Position numbers and translations under genes: made by a program. Shown here piece after piece: positions 29,285-39,271 of a DNA stretch of 64,000 nucleotides (positions are counted from its first letter, which is position 1; every line of letters starts with the position of its first letter). Source of the DNA: Thermoproteota archaeon (lineage in GTDB: Archaea; Asgardarchaeota; Njordarchaeia; Njordarchaeales; Panguiarchaeaceae). Under the pieces are notes generated by a model. It saw nothing but the letters and a program-made list of their open reading frames with translations, searched no databases and was not told the origin of the DNA. The stretch lies in assembly GCA_024720975.1 (NCBI GenBank), contig JANJXX010000002.1, positions 32,001-96,000 on the forward strand, written 5' to 3'.

Positions 29285-29778
29285 TGCATATGCGAAGTCT
29301 TCGAAAGAAGTATAAAACCCCTCGTAAACCATTTGAGAAAGATAGACTTATTGAAGAAATGAGGCTTATTGGCGAATATGGATTAAGAAATAAACATGAG
29401 CTCTGGCGCACCAAAACGATGCTCTCTGAAATACGAAGACGCGCTCGAGAACTCCTAGCTCTGCCTCCTGATGAGAGAAAAAATGAAGAAGAAGCTCTCA
29501 TAGGACGCCTATACCAGTTAGGTATACTCGAGAAAAATTCAACATTGGATGATATACTAAAACTCAGGGTTGAAGATCTTTTGGAGAGACGCCTACAAAC
29601 AGTTGTCTGGAGACTCGGTTATGCTAAAACCCCCCATCAAGCACGGCAAATGATCGTGCATAGACACATAATAGTAAACGGGAAAATAGTTACGATTCCA
29701 TCTTTTCTTGTTAAAAGAGACGATGTAGTTGAAATTCACCCTCGATCCCCCTTTGCTAAAGCTCTACAAGAGGGATAG
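29284..29778 (+). CDS. rps4: 30S ribosomal protein S4
   Basis: YGLRNKHELW, LLERRLQTVV, ARQMIVHRHI. Confidence 0.97.
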   Translation: MHMRSLRKKYKTPRKPFEKDRLIEEMRLIGEYGLRNKHELWRTKTMLSEIRRRARELLALPPDERKNEEEALIGRLYQLGILEKNSTLDDILKLRVEDLLERRLQTVVWRLGYAKTPHQARQMIVHRHIIVNGKIVTIPSFLVKRDDVVEIHPRSPFAKALQEG

Positions 29779-29817
29779 GAACTTAAATGACAAATTAAGA
29801 CTACAGGCGCAAAGTTT

Positions 29818-30405
29818 GTGTTAAGAAATGAGAGCTACTACCTTCTCGCATTTGAATTAGATTCACCAAGAGATCTATGCAATGTCATCTACTATGATTT
29901 CCTCCTAAGTCCCTCACCCAAGGTCTTACTGAAGGAGCGAAGAAAAATCCTTTACTTTGCTTCGCGCATCTTACGGGGGAAGGCGGGAAATTGTGTAGGT
30001 TTCTGCTTTTTCGTGATCACTCCTAATGAGATGAGTAAGGATTACTTAATATGCTCGGAGGATCGAGGTTTAATATCTGATGTGCCTGATCCTAAAGCTC
30101 CTGCATGCTTCGAAATTTTCAATGTAGAAGGTCTTCTTCGAGCGCCTGGTTCAGAAATAGCAATAAATGATCCCTGGATACGCCAATGGTCTTTTGTTAT
30201 TAAGGCGGATGAAAATATCATCACTCATATCACATCCAAGAGGGGGCGAATACTTCTTGCTCCGAAATCAGGCAATTACTTGATTATAATATCTAAAAAC
30301 TCACTAACAATCTCTTACCTAGAAGAATCCGCGACATATAAGTTAAAATCGCTGTCACCGGCGATCTTTCGGTGCGTAATGTTATACAAATTGCGTGATG
30401 TATAA
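29818..30405 (+). CDS. Hypothetical protein
   Basis: 195-aa ORF downstream of rps4; no motif recognised. Confidence 0.6.
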   Translation: MLRNESYYLLAFELDSPRDLCNVIYYDFLLSPSPKVLLKERRKILYFASRILRGKAGNCVGFCFFVITPNEMSKDYLICSEDRGLISDVPDPKAPACFEIFNVEGLLRAPGSEIAINDPWIRQWSFVIKADENIITHITSKRGRILLAPKSGNYLIIISKNSLTISYLEESATYKLKSLSPAIFRCVMLYKLRDV

Positions 30406-30463
30406 ACCATACCAGAAAGCTGCTGATTTCTTTGACTCTTGCATACGATGTTGCTATGTTTGA

Positions 30464-31006
30464 CTACCAATATGTTATGTCCTTGTCTGAAGTTTCTTCG
30501 GACGTACTCCGCTCTTTTTCTCCTTTGGTGCCCAATCCTAACAGCTTCTCAGATACGTATATATCAGCCTCACATTTTAAGGCAAGCAAAATTGCATGGG
30601 AGGGTACCATCTTGAGGGTTCTTTTTCCTTCAGGACTTTCTGAAATGTTTCTAATTTCTACCTCAGCAACATAGACTCCTAACTCTGGTATTACATCTGA
30701 TATTACTACCTTACATATTTTTGCCAATTCACAAACAAGATCTGACATCGAAAGTCTAAAATCCTTTGCCGGCTTCGGTGGTTTTCCACTTACCATTAGC
30801 CATATCTCCGTGGCAATTTCCATTGGGATTCCCATCAACCTTAGTGCGCGACCGTCTTCTAGCCGAAGTTCTATTACAGGTCTACGCAACTGCTCTTTCA
30901 ATTCCGGCGGCAGCAAAAGATGTGCATACGTGCGTGTTATGGGAAAGAGAATTGCTACATTTATCACTTTAATGCATTTTTCTTGCGATGTTTTTCCCCC
31001 ACCCAA
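30464..31006 (-). CDS. Bifunctional nuclease family protein (DUF151)
   Basis: PVIELRLEDGR, KVVISDV, VYVAEV, VPSHAILLAL...IYVSE. Confidence 0.8.
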   Translation of the reverse strand: MGGGKTSQEKCIKVINVAILFPITRTYAHLLLPPELKEQLRRPVIELRLEDGRALRLMGIPMEIATEIWLMVSGKPPKPAKDFRLSMSDLVCELAKICKVVISDVIPELGVYVAEVEIRNISESPEGKRTLKMVPSHAILLALKCEADIYVSEKLLGLGTKGEKERSTSEETSDKDITYW

Positions 31007-31104
31007 TGTGAACTCCTAAGTAGCGTCGTCAGTAAAATCTAGAACTCAGCCAACAATATTTAATATTTTTGGAATAATGGGTAAAGAGAAATTCTGGGAT
31101 AAAA

Positions 31105-31914
31105 ATGACGACTTTTCAACCGGTGAATATTTTTAGAGCATACAACATATTAATTTCATTGCCCGGAGAGATATCACAAGAAGATGCTATAAGTATCATA
31201 GTTGAGAAGTTCAAATTAAGCGAAAGAACAGCAAAGACATACCTTCGTGCCCTCAAGGTTTGGGGCTTCCTCTGGGGAGAAGAAACTCTTTATGTTAAAA
31301 AGACATCACTGGAGGAGTTCATTCTACAATTGCAGAGGCTATTTCTTGCCGATTTAGGAGCTTTTTTTGAAGTACTTAAGACTACTATCGAATCTCTTCC
31401 AGCCAGTTCCGTGTGGAGTATAGTTTTAACTCTTAGAAGTAAAGGTTTCGACGTAAGTGCTTGGAAATTAAAACACATTATACGTCTCCTTAAACAAGCT
31501 TGTTTGCTATGGGAAAAACGCTTTTATGAACCATTAAATCTTGAAGTCTCACTGCAGAATATCATATACGCTAGAATAATATCCCGAGGATACTACAGAC
31601 TCGGTAAGTTACTGAATGAACTCACGCGCGAATTGAACTTAAGCCACTGTGAAATTAAAAAGGTACTTGTACAAATGATTCTCAACCAGCAGATTTTAGT
31701 AAACGCACCTGAATCTCTTGTTAGAATTTGGATAAAAAGCTTACAATCAGGCTATTGTGATATTACTGAACTCTCACTCGAGAACGCTAATGCCGAGGAA
31801 TTAAACGAGCTGAAGCAACTTTCTACCTTATATCCTGATTTAATCTCTATTCGCGGCGATGTTCTCACAGTTAAAATTTTCGATGGTAACTTCATAGTGG
31901 TCCCATACAAATGA
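31105..31914 (+). CDS. Hypothetical protein with about three tandem winged-helix-like units
   Basis: Repeated helix-helix-'L...G.L' patterns (KFKLSERTAKTYLRALKVWGFL; KLKHIIRLLKQACLL; ELNLSHCEIKKVLVQMILNQQI). Confidence 0.5.
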   Translation: MTTFQPVNIFRAYNILISLPGEISQEDAISIIVEKFKLSERTAKTYLRALKVWGFLWGEETLYVKKTSLEEFILQLQRLFLADLGAFFEVLKTTIESLPASSVWSIVLTLRSKGFDVSAWKLKHIIRLLKQACLLWEKRFYEPLNLEVSLQNIIYARIISRGYYRLGKLLNELTRELNLSHCEIKKVLVQMILNQQILVNAPESLVRIWIKSLQSGYCDITELSLENANAEELNELKQLSTLYPDLISIRGDVLTVKIFDGNFIVVPYK

Positions 31915-31930
31915 TTTAAAAAGGAGTGTC

Positions 31931-33112
31931 TTAATCTTTGCGATAGGTTTCTATGAATTTCTCAATACTCGCCGCAGACCCTCTCAGTATTAACATGTCC
32001 CCCACTTTTAGTTGCATATCATCCTTTGGATTAAAGTACCACACAATATCACGCCTAATTCCAAGCAGGAATACTCCAAAGTTCTCTTCAACGTTTAGTT
32101 CTCCTAATGTTTTGCCTGCAAGTTTGGATCCTTCTTCTACATGAAACAATGATATTTTTTCGTCTGCTGCACTAAATATTATCTTAAAGAATGAAGACAC
32201 GTCGATACCTTTCTCTACTATCCGAGTTAATTTACTTGCTGAGTCCGTTATTCGCTCTGTAGCATCAATTATCGTAAATATACCTCTTAAATTCTCGATA
32301 TCATCGAAGTGTCTGCTTATTCGCAAAGTATATAGGTAAAGAACCTCGCGCATGTAGTCTACCCATTCCTCGAGGCGCTTCACTTCTTTAACAATATCCT
32401 CATCTTTCGTTAGTAGTGCGAAATAACTTAATATCAAACTTGTTTCGGCCATGTACTTAAGCGAAATCAAAATGTCAAGCAGACTTTTAAGGTGCTCGGA
32501 GATACTCACTGAAGCTTGAGTTTTTCCTGGTTCTGACCCTACTAGGACTCTATATGCATCGCCAACACGTTCATCCGGACCTGTCAAGTACAAAACGTCA
32601 TCGCACCAGATCTCGAAGTTACTTTGAGGATTTAGTATCCAGTGTTTGGCCCGCTTCACTGCAACAACTCTCATACCTGTTTGTTGCTCTATCTGATCTA
32701 TTCGCATCTTAAATGCTTCCTTGTTAAGTACCTTTATTCGTATTGTTACTTCATCCGCTCGTAGCAACGCTTCTTTGAAGGCACTTCCTAGTGGAACTCC
32801 CTCTATAGCAAGTTTTGATATATCAGCTGCGGCCTCAGAGATATCTTCCAGAGCACTCGCGAATAGGATTAGAGCATACATTTTTTCTGCTAGATTCATG
32901 CCCCTTCCAGCCATTACTGCCCTCATGATAACATATCCGAGATACTCTGCGATTTTTGACTCGAGCTCGAGAGCTTTTTGAGCGGCTTCCTTGTCGTCAT
33001 ATATTACTGCAGAGTAGGCCAAATCTAACTGAATTTCCACGAGATCCTTTATTTGAACTAGTAGTTCCTTGAGAGATAGACTAGGTGTCTTAATTCTCGA
33101 CATAAAGTCCAA
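31931..33112 (-). CDS. PhoU/TrkA-C tandem-domain protein
   Basis: Two repeats of PhoU (LDLAYSAV...LEDISEAA) plus TrkA-C (TGMRVVAVKR; SKLAGKTLGEL...GDMLILRG). Confidence 0.88.
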   Translation of the reverse strand: MDFMSRIKTPSLSLKELLVQIKDLVEIQLDLAYSAVIYDDKEAAQKALELESKIAEYLGYVIMRAVMAGRGMNLAEKMYALILFASALEDISEAAADISKLAIEGVPLGSAFKEALLRADEVTIRIKVLNKEAFKMRIDQIEQQTGMRVVAVKRAKHWILNPQSNFEIWCDDVLYLTGPDERVGDAYRVLVGSEPGKTQASVSISEHLKSLLDILISLKYMAETSLILSYFALLTKDEDIVKEVKRLEEWVDYMREVLYLYTLRISRHFDDIENLRGIFTIIDATERITDSASKLTRIVEKGIDVSSFFKIIFSAADEKISLFHVEEGSKLAGKTLGELNVEENFGVFLLGIRRDIVWYFNPKDDMQLKVGDMLILRGSAASIEKFIETYRKD

Positions 33113-33202
33113 CCTAAATGCTACGTTTTCTTGAAACAGAACGCTAAAATCGCCGTTCCTTAAGGAAATAATTACAAATAATTGACATTTTATTTAAGTT
33201 CT

Positions 33203-34801
33203 TTACTCACACTTTATTCCTACTTTTTCTTCTATCGCTCTCTTTAAGTTTAGATATTGAGGACTTGGATAGTTTGCTGCCTCGAGCCCGCTTGGCAAAT
33301 CCTTAATGTACTCTTGAACAGTCTTGGTCCACGAGTCTCTTTCAAAGCCTTTTTGAGAAAGAAATGCTAACACCCACCGTTCCACACCGAAGCCACTGCA
33401 TCCCGTCCATAGGACACTTCCAGATGCATGTTGAACTCGAAATGCTCTAGTGTATTTGGCACCGTGTATAGAAATATTACCTATCTCAAGCCAACTTTTA
33501 TTATCATCTCTACTTCCCTTATATGGTAAGTAAGCCTCAAAATCTATTGTTCCCGGTTGGTTGATATCTATTTTATCACCCATTTCTTCTGTCTCACCAG
33601 CATGAACTAGAAACCATGGTGTCACCCAGGCCCATCGCCATTCTAGGTCAAGCACCTTGTCCATGAAATATTCATATCTTTCTAGTAGCTTGTTTCTTAT
33701 TTCTATCACTTGATCTGGTGTGCCTAACCATACAATTTCAATCCTATGAAATTCGACGAGTCTTTCTATGCCCCTTAAGCCGCCAGCACCTTCCCATCTG
33801 AAAGATGGGCCCGATCTATCAAACCACTTTATTGGTAGATGTTTTTCTGTAAATACCTTTTTTGACAAGAATTCATAAAAGGGCGGACATTGAGCAAAGC
33901 ACAAGTAGTATTTAGGTGATTCCAGGAAACTTTTTAAGAAGTCTGGGTTAGCCTCATTATATATTGTTACGTAGTCTTGCCATGGCTCGAATTCCTCAAT
34001 ATTGTATGACCTTGGAATGCTTGCAAATATCATTTGATTTGGCGTACCTTTAAGATGACCAGTCTTCAGACCTATGCTTATCGGTTCCATCTTTGGGAAT
34101 ATTGCCTCCATGAAGCCAAGCGGTTTTAGAATGATATCTATTAGCATTTCTTCAAACTTTCTTAGAATATGGGCGAATGGGGGAGTGAATAACCACTGCC
34201 CTGGTGCTACGTTACTTATCCATCCAATTTCTTCTAGTATAACGTTGGGATCATCTCTGAATTTTATTTCCTTCCTTTGACTCTCTTTTATTTTTTGCCA
34301 ATGCTCAATTTTTCCACCCCATTGTTTTCGCTGCTCTTTCTCAGTGATTAGATCAACCAATCTCTGGAAAATCGGTTTTTGAAGCAATGATTCATTGAGA
34401 GGCTTAAGAGTAATTATCGTCTGACCATTTGATGAAGCAATTTCTTCAATAATTGGTATATCGATATTGATCCTGAGTTCCCCATTAAGTATGACTTTTG
34501 GAGATTCCAGGGTTAGCTCTCGTATTCCTATCTTATAGTGCATTCCAAGAATTTTTAGCAGGAAATTCTTGATACGAAGTGCAGCAGTATGCACGGGTAT
34601 AAGTCTACCAGATTCTATCTCAAATGTTATTACATCATCTTTGAAGCTAAAGCTTATAATTCTAGCTCCGTCTTCCGGATTCTTAACTCCTCTTAGCAAA
34701 GTTTCTTCATTTAGCTTACTTACAATGTTTGTGAGCTCCTCCAGAAATTCTTCAGGTGGACTTTTTGAAAGCTTGATTCGTGCCTTACCATAAAACTTCA
34801 T
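33203..34801 (-). CDS. serS: Type-2 (methanogen-type) seryl-tRNA synthetase
   Basis: N-terminal IESGR...ALRIK...KIGIR domain; FAQCPPF, DRSGPSFRWE, EFHRIE, WTGCSGFGVERW with Cys/Glu/Cys Zn ligands. Confidence 0.9.
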   Translation of the reverse strand: MKFYGKARIKLSKSPPEEFLEELTNIVSKLNEETLLRGVKNPEDGARIISFSFKDDVITFEIESGRLIPVHTAALRIKNFLLKILGMHYKIGIRELTLESPKVILNGELRINIDIPIIEEIASSNGQTIITLKPLNESLLQKPIFQRLVDLITEKEQRKQWGGKIEHWQKIKESQRKEIKFRDDPNVILEEIGWISNVAPGQWLFTPPFAHILRKFEEMLIDIILKPLGFMEAIFPKMEPISIGLKTGHLKGTPNQMIFASIPRSYNIEEFEPWQDYVTIYNEANPDFLKSFLESPKYYLCFAQCPPFYEFLSKKVFTEKHLPIKWFDRSGPSFRWEGAGGLRGIERLVEFHRIEIVWLGTPDQVIEIRNKLLERYEYFMDKVLDLEWRWAWVTPWFLVHAGETEEMGDKIDINQPGTIDFEAYLPYKGSRDDNKSWLEIGNISIHGAKYTRAFRVQHASGSVLWTGCSGFGVERWVLAFLSQKGFERDSWTKTVQEYIKDLPSGLEAANYPSPQYLNLKRAIEEKVGIKCE

Positions 34802-34889
34802 TTAAATCACTTCTGAGAATGACCTTTGAGAATCTAAAGATTGTTTAGCGCATAAGGTAATCTTCAACATTAAGATTTTAAAGCGTTAT

Positions 34890-36089
34890 CTAGATCCAAT
34901 CTCCACTTTCAAGTTTTGAAGGTAGATACTTTTGAGTTAGGAATTTAAAGCCTTTGGAAGCAAGCGCTTGTATTTCTGCCTTCTCTTTATTTTTAAGCAT
35001 TATTTTTATCTCCTCAACATACTTAGGTCTTGCCTTGATAAATTCCTCTTCTAGTAATTGTAGAGCTCTATCCCTGTCCCTCGCAGAAAGCGGAATACGA
35101 ACATCCTTGAGTATTTGGTACTTGTCTAGATCGCTCGGTCTCACACCCAACCATTTTATATCAGGAGAGACTAAAAATTGAGACTCGTAAGAGAGTCTTT
35201 TTGATCCAATAGCATAGACTAATAATATGTGAAGACCATAGGGATCAGAGTCCACAAGACCAAAGACGGGGAGTTTAAGCTCCTTTACTAAAAGCTTTAG
35301 AAAAGCTCTTGTACCTATATCAGCCTGCCCCTTCCCAGTAATTATTATGCATGGATACTTATCATAGAACCTATCTTCGGCTAATCTGATAAAGGCTGCC
35401 TCCTTTTCAACAATAAGTATAAACTCTGCATCTGAATCCAGGATTTCCACGGTGTCTATTAGAGGTGTTATCGCTTTGCCGCCAGTCCCCATTTTGGTGC
35501 AATCTATTGTATCATCTCCTTCTTTAAATATGAGTCGACCTATAACTGCTCCCTTAGCGCTTGCAACAACACGTAGGGACCACCTATCGACACCAAGCAT
35601 CGCCGCAATGTCCTCAAGAGCCTCGTCGCTATCCCTTTGTTCCTCAAAGAGAACTACGTCATTATAAAAGATCTCCCTTTTTGTCGCATGTATATTCTCT
35701 TCAAGAAGTTCGTGAATTATATCTAGTATGCGTGCCATTATTGTAGCTTTTCTAATTGACTGCAGAGAGCTTAATGAACTACGACGGTATATTTGCTTAA
35801 GAAAAATTACGTCCTGAACATCATCATATATGACGTTTTTTGGATCTCTCGAGGGATAAACAAATTCTGGCACTTCTCCAGCTAAAATTCTCTTGAATAT
35901 TTCCTCTGTTAATGCATGTATCTGTTTATGAAGAACATCACGATGCTTCCTCTCTACTTTTATGGCGTTAGGCGGTACCTGTACCTCATGTTTACTTATG
36001 CGATCCAAAATGCTCTTTTTAAGTTCCTTAACTTTCTTAAGAACTACGCTGGATTTTAATGCTAAATCATCATGTGCTTTCTTTTGCAT
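34890..36089 (-). CDS. top6A: DNA topoisomerase VI subunit A (Spo11-like)
   Basis: ATKREIFYND (catalytic Tyr), IVEKEA, TGKGQAD, DSDPYG, KAEIQAL. Confidence 0.95.
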   Translation of the reverse strand: MQKKAHDDLALKSSVVLKKVKELKKSILDRISKHEVQVPPNAIKVERKHRDVLHKQIHALTEEIFKRILAGEVPEFVYPSRDPKNVIYDDVQDVIFLKQIYRRSSLSSLQSIRKATIMARILDIIHELLEENIHATKREIFYNDVVLFEEQRDSDEALEDIAAMLGVDRWSLRVVASAKGAVIGRLIFKEGDDTIDCTKMGTGGKAITPLIDTVEILDSDAEFILIVEKEAAFIRLAEDRFYDKYPCIIITGKGQADIGTRAFLKLLVKELKLPVFGLVDSDPYGLHILLVYAIGSKRLSYESQFLVSPDIKWLGVRPSDLDKYQILKDVRIPLSARDRDRALQLLEEEFIKARPKYVEEIKIMLKNKEKAEIQALASKGFKFLTQKYLPSKLESGDWI

Positions 36090-36276
36090 AACTTCACACT
36101 TTAGATCACTAGAATTAATACCCAATTAATCATTTGCTTCTACCTATAAAAAGTTATCCTAACTCAACTAGACACACACAAGACTACAGCCTATTGTTCT
36201 CAGTTAGAATTTTTGGTACACACTTAAACATGTCAGGATATAGTCTTTCTGAAACTATTGGTCGGGGTGAGGGAAT

Positions 36277-36456
36277 ATGTACAAAATTTTGGGGAAATTT
36301 CGAAGACTAGCAATGCTCGTACTGGATAACAAAGGATCACAACTAGTTGAGGAAGGATTATTAATTGGACTGGCAATGATCCTATTCGTCATTATCGTAG
36401 GATTCATTAATGGTATTGTCGATTGGATAAACAGCCTTTCAAGTGTGATATTATGA
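36277..36456 (+). CDS. Flp/type IV-like prepilin, 59 aa; below the ORF-track cutoff
   Basis: SD GGGGTGA precedes the ATG. Sequence MYKILGKFRRLAMLVLDNKG|SQLVEEGLLIGLAMILFVIIVGFINGIVDWINSLSSVIL: basic leader, KG cleavage site, Glu+5, hydrophobic helix. Stop overlaps the next ATG (ATGA). Confidence 0.75.
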   Translation: MYKILGKFRRLAMLVLDNKGSQLVEEGLLIGLAMILFVIIVGFINGIVDWINSLSSVIL

Positions 36457-36734
36457 TACGATACCAGTCATTAATTCTAAAAGCAGCAGAAAATCCAGAT
36501 AACATCATTAAGGAATTGCTAGACAATCTTCTTAAACTACCGAATGCCTTAATGTCATTCATAGCTGGAGTTATTCTCTTCATGCTTTATCTACTCCTAT
36601 TTGTTGGTATATTGGTAACAATCTGGGGAATCCTAGAATGGCTATCAGGTTGGAATGAAACTTCTGGTAAGAGAAACCTAATCAAGGGTACCTTGTTGAT
36701 ATTGATTGCTATAATTTTGGAGATCAGACTATGA
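36453..36734 (+). CDS. Small two-TM protein resembling TrbC/VirB2-type pilins
   Basis: Hydrophobic helix, then GILEWLSGWNETSGKRNLIKG, then a second hydrophobic helix; translationally coupled on both sides. Confidence 0.5.
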   Translation: MIRYQSLILKAAENPDNIIKELLDNLLKLPNALMSFIAGVILFMLYLLLFVGILVTIWGILEWLSGWNETSGKRNLIKGTLLILIAIILEIRL

Positions 36735-37342
36735 ATTCTCTACCTGATGTAGCAAGTATTGCCGTTATCTTAGCAACTGCTTCTATCTTTTCGATAGATT
36801 GCAAGATACTTTGGAGCAACTTAGGAAAACTAAAGTTTTACATTGACAGGCATGTGATTAGTCAGTATAGAATCGACATTGATATCATTTTAGCATTAAT
36901 TTCTACAAAGACTCGCTCAGTTAAATTCGCGATAGAATCTTTAGACGAGTTCAATGTACCAGAGAGCCTCAAAAGTGAACTCATAACACTAATAAATGAC
37001 ACAATTTTTCTAAAATACAAGGGTAAGAATCCAGAGAAAAAGTTTCCGCTGTTATATTCGATACTCACCTCAGGAGCGATTCATCCTTTAGGAAACATGC
37101 GGGAGGATGCATATTTCGCTTTAAAGAAGGAGTCTATAGAAAAGCAGCTTGCATCGTTAAGTGAGTTTGAGGACACAATGAGTTTTTACTTGTTTTTATT
37201 GTTTCTGCTTCCAATGATAATATATCAACTAGTATTCTTGACTGGAGCCCTCACACTTTTTATAGCTGTGGCGTTTTTCCACTTAATTATTTCCGTATAT
37301 CAGCGAAGAAAAATAAGCATGAGTAACAGAAATAGTAGTTAA
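36731..37342 (+). CDS. Membrane protein with TadB/TadC-like topology
   Basis: N-terminal TM, ~125-aa helical soluble region, two C-terminal TMs (LFLLPMII); ATGA overlap. Confidence 0.45.
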   Translation: MNSLPDVASIAVILATASIFSIDCKILWSNLGKLKFYIDRHVISQYRIDIDIILALISTKTRSVKFAIESLDEFNVPESLKSELITLINDTIFLKYKGKNPEKKFPLLYSILTSGAIHPLGNMREDAYFALKKESIEKQLASLSEFEDTMSFYLFLLFLLPMIIYQLVFLTGALTLFIAVAFFHLIISVYQRRKISMSNRNSS

Positions 37343-37360
37343 TAGTAGCAGTGGAGAACA

Positions 37361-39010
37361 CTAAATTTCTTCTTCAGGCTCTTTTTCCCCTACCTCTGTT
37401 TCCTCCTTTTTGAGTTCAAAGGCTTCTTTTGCAGCTATGATATCATCTATTCGGAGCAGCATTATTGCCGCTTCAACAGCGGATTCGATAGCATTCTTTT
37501 TGACAACGTATGGATCAACGTATCCTAGCTGTATCATATCCGCTAATCTACCCTCTATAACATCAACACCGTATGTGTATTTACCTTGTGCATGGAATGT
37601 TCTTAACTTGTTAAGATCCTCAATTGGATCTAGACCCGCTGTCTCAATAAGTATGCTTGGAATCGATTCTATTGCATCGGCGAAAGCTTTAACCACTAGG
37701 CTTTGTCGCCCAGTTAGTTCTTTCTCGGCGATTTTTCTTAACTTTGTTGCTATCGCCATTTCAGGTGCTCCCCCAGCAGGAATTATCCTTGGATCTAACA
37801 TAACGTTTCTAACTCCATTAAGAACATCTTTTAGATTTCTTTCAGCTTCCTCTATAGTTAATTTAGAACCACCACGAATTAGAATAGACACTGCTCGCGG
37901 ATTCTTGCAGCCACGAATAAACAACATTGTTTCATCCCCGACTTTTTTCTCTTCGACGACATTTGCAAAGCCTAGTGCATTTGGACTTAGAAACTCCTCA
38001 TTCTGTATTATTTTTGCTCCTGTGGCTTTTGCAAGTTTTTCTATATCACTCTTCTTGACCCTCCTTACTGCTATTATTCCTTGCTTAGCTAAGTAATGCT
38101 GTACTACATCATCAATGCCTTTTTGGCATATGACAACGTTTGCACCTGTGTTTATTATCTTCTCGGCCATTTCCCTGAGTTTTTCTTTTTCCCAACGCAG
38201 GAGTGTATCAATCGATGTTTTTCCAGCAAATATATGAACATCCGCAAATTCACTCTTTTCAAGCTCTAGTGAGTAAGCAACTAGCAATATCTTTGCATTT
38301 TCGATTCTCCTTGGCATTCTGTGATGAACTATTTCTTTGTCGAGTACGATACCATATATCAACTCCGTATCTAGTAAATTACCACCTTCCTTCTTTTCAA
38401 TCTTTATTTCATCAAGTGGTATTATACGCTTTCCGTTTTCCTCATACATTATTGTTCTTATTGCGTCATAGGCTATATTTGAAAAGTGATCCGCGTATGG
38501 TGCTATGGCTTTGGATGCGATACAGGTTTTAGCGACTTTAAGAACATCTTCTCTTTTTTCCGGGTCGATTTTTATCGCTAGATCATTTAATATCTCTAGA
38601 GACTTCTTAAGAGCAAACTGATATCCGTCGATAATCTTAGTAGGATGAATATCGTTATCAAGTAGCTCCTCGGCTCTGCCCAATAACTCGCCAGCAAGAA
38701 CAACAACTGTAGTAGTGCCGTCTCCGACTTCTATATCTTGCGTCTTCGATAGTTTTGCTAAAAATTTCGCACCAGGATGTACAATATCTATCTCATCTAG
38801 TATCGCTGCACCATCATTACTAATAACAACATCCCCAAACTGGTCGATAAGCATCTTATCTAATCCTCGCGGTCCTAAGCTTGTCTTCATCATTCTTGAA
38901 AGCGTTGTTGCCGCCAGGATGTTGTTTCTGAGTGCCTCCGTGCCGTATGTTCTCCTCGTACCTTCTTTCAATACTAGAACGGGGATTGCTCTCTTCGCCT
39001 CGCTAGCCAT
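37361..39010 (-). CDS. ths: Thermosome (group II chaperonin) subunit
   Basis: SLGPRGLDKML, SNDGAAIL, GDGTTT, AVRRVKKSD, AGGAPE, LLRIDDII. Confidence 0.97.
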   Translation of the reverse strand: MASEAKRAIPVLVLKEGTRRTYGTEALRNNILAATTLSRMMKTSLGPRGLDKMLIDQFGDVVISNDGAAILDEIDIVHPGAKFLAKLSKTQDIEVGDGTTTVVVLAGELLGRAEELLDNDIHPTKIIDGYQFALKKSLEILNDLAIKIDPEKREDVLKVAKTCIASKAIAPYADHFSNIAYDAIRTIMYEENGKRIIPLDEIKIEKKEGGNLLDTELIYGIVLDKEIVHHRMPRRIENAKILLVAYSLELEKSEFADVHIFAGKTSIDTLLRWEKEKLREMAEKIINTGANVVICQKGIDDVVQHYLAKQGIIAVRRVKKSDIEKLAKATGAKIIQNEEFLSPNALGFANVVEEKKVGDETMLFIRGCKNPRAVSILIRGGSKLTIEEAERNLKDVLNGVRNVMLDPRIIPAGGAPEMAIATKLRKIAEKELTGRQSLVVKAFADAIESIPSILIETAGLDPIEDLNKLRTFHAQGKYTYGVDVIEGRLADMIQLGYVDPYVVKKNAIESAVEAAIMLLRIDDIIAAKEAFELKKEETEVGEKEPEEEI

Positions 39011-39271
39011 ATTATATCACCCATTTCAGCTTTCTTGTAATCCCATTAGAAGTATTTAAGACTGTCTATTTACGACCGTCAGGTTTTTGAATGCTCTTGC
39101 AGAAAAACTTCCAAATCAAATTGATGCATTAAAGAGTGTATTAAACAAATAGCCAACAAATATCGTAGAAACCATAAGAGCTGTCTAGAATTGAATTTCA
39201 ACATTGAATAGTAAGAATATATTTGTAGGTGCTGCTGTTTCTTGCTAGGTGGAGTCTTTATCGAGTAAGAA

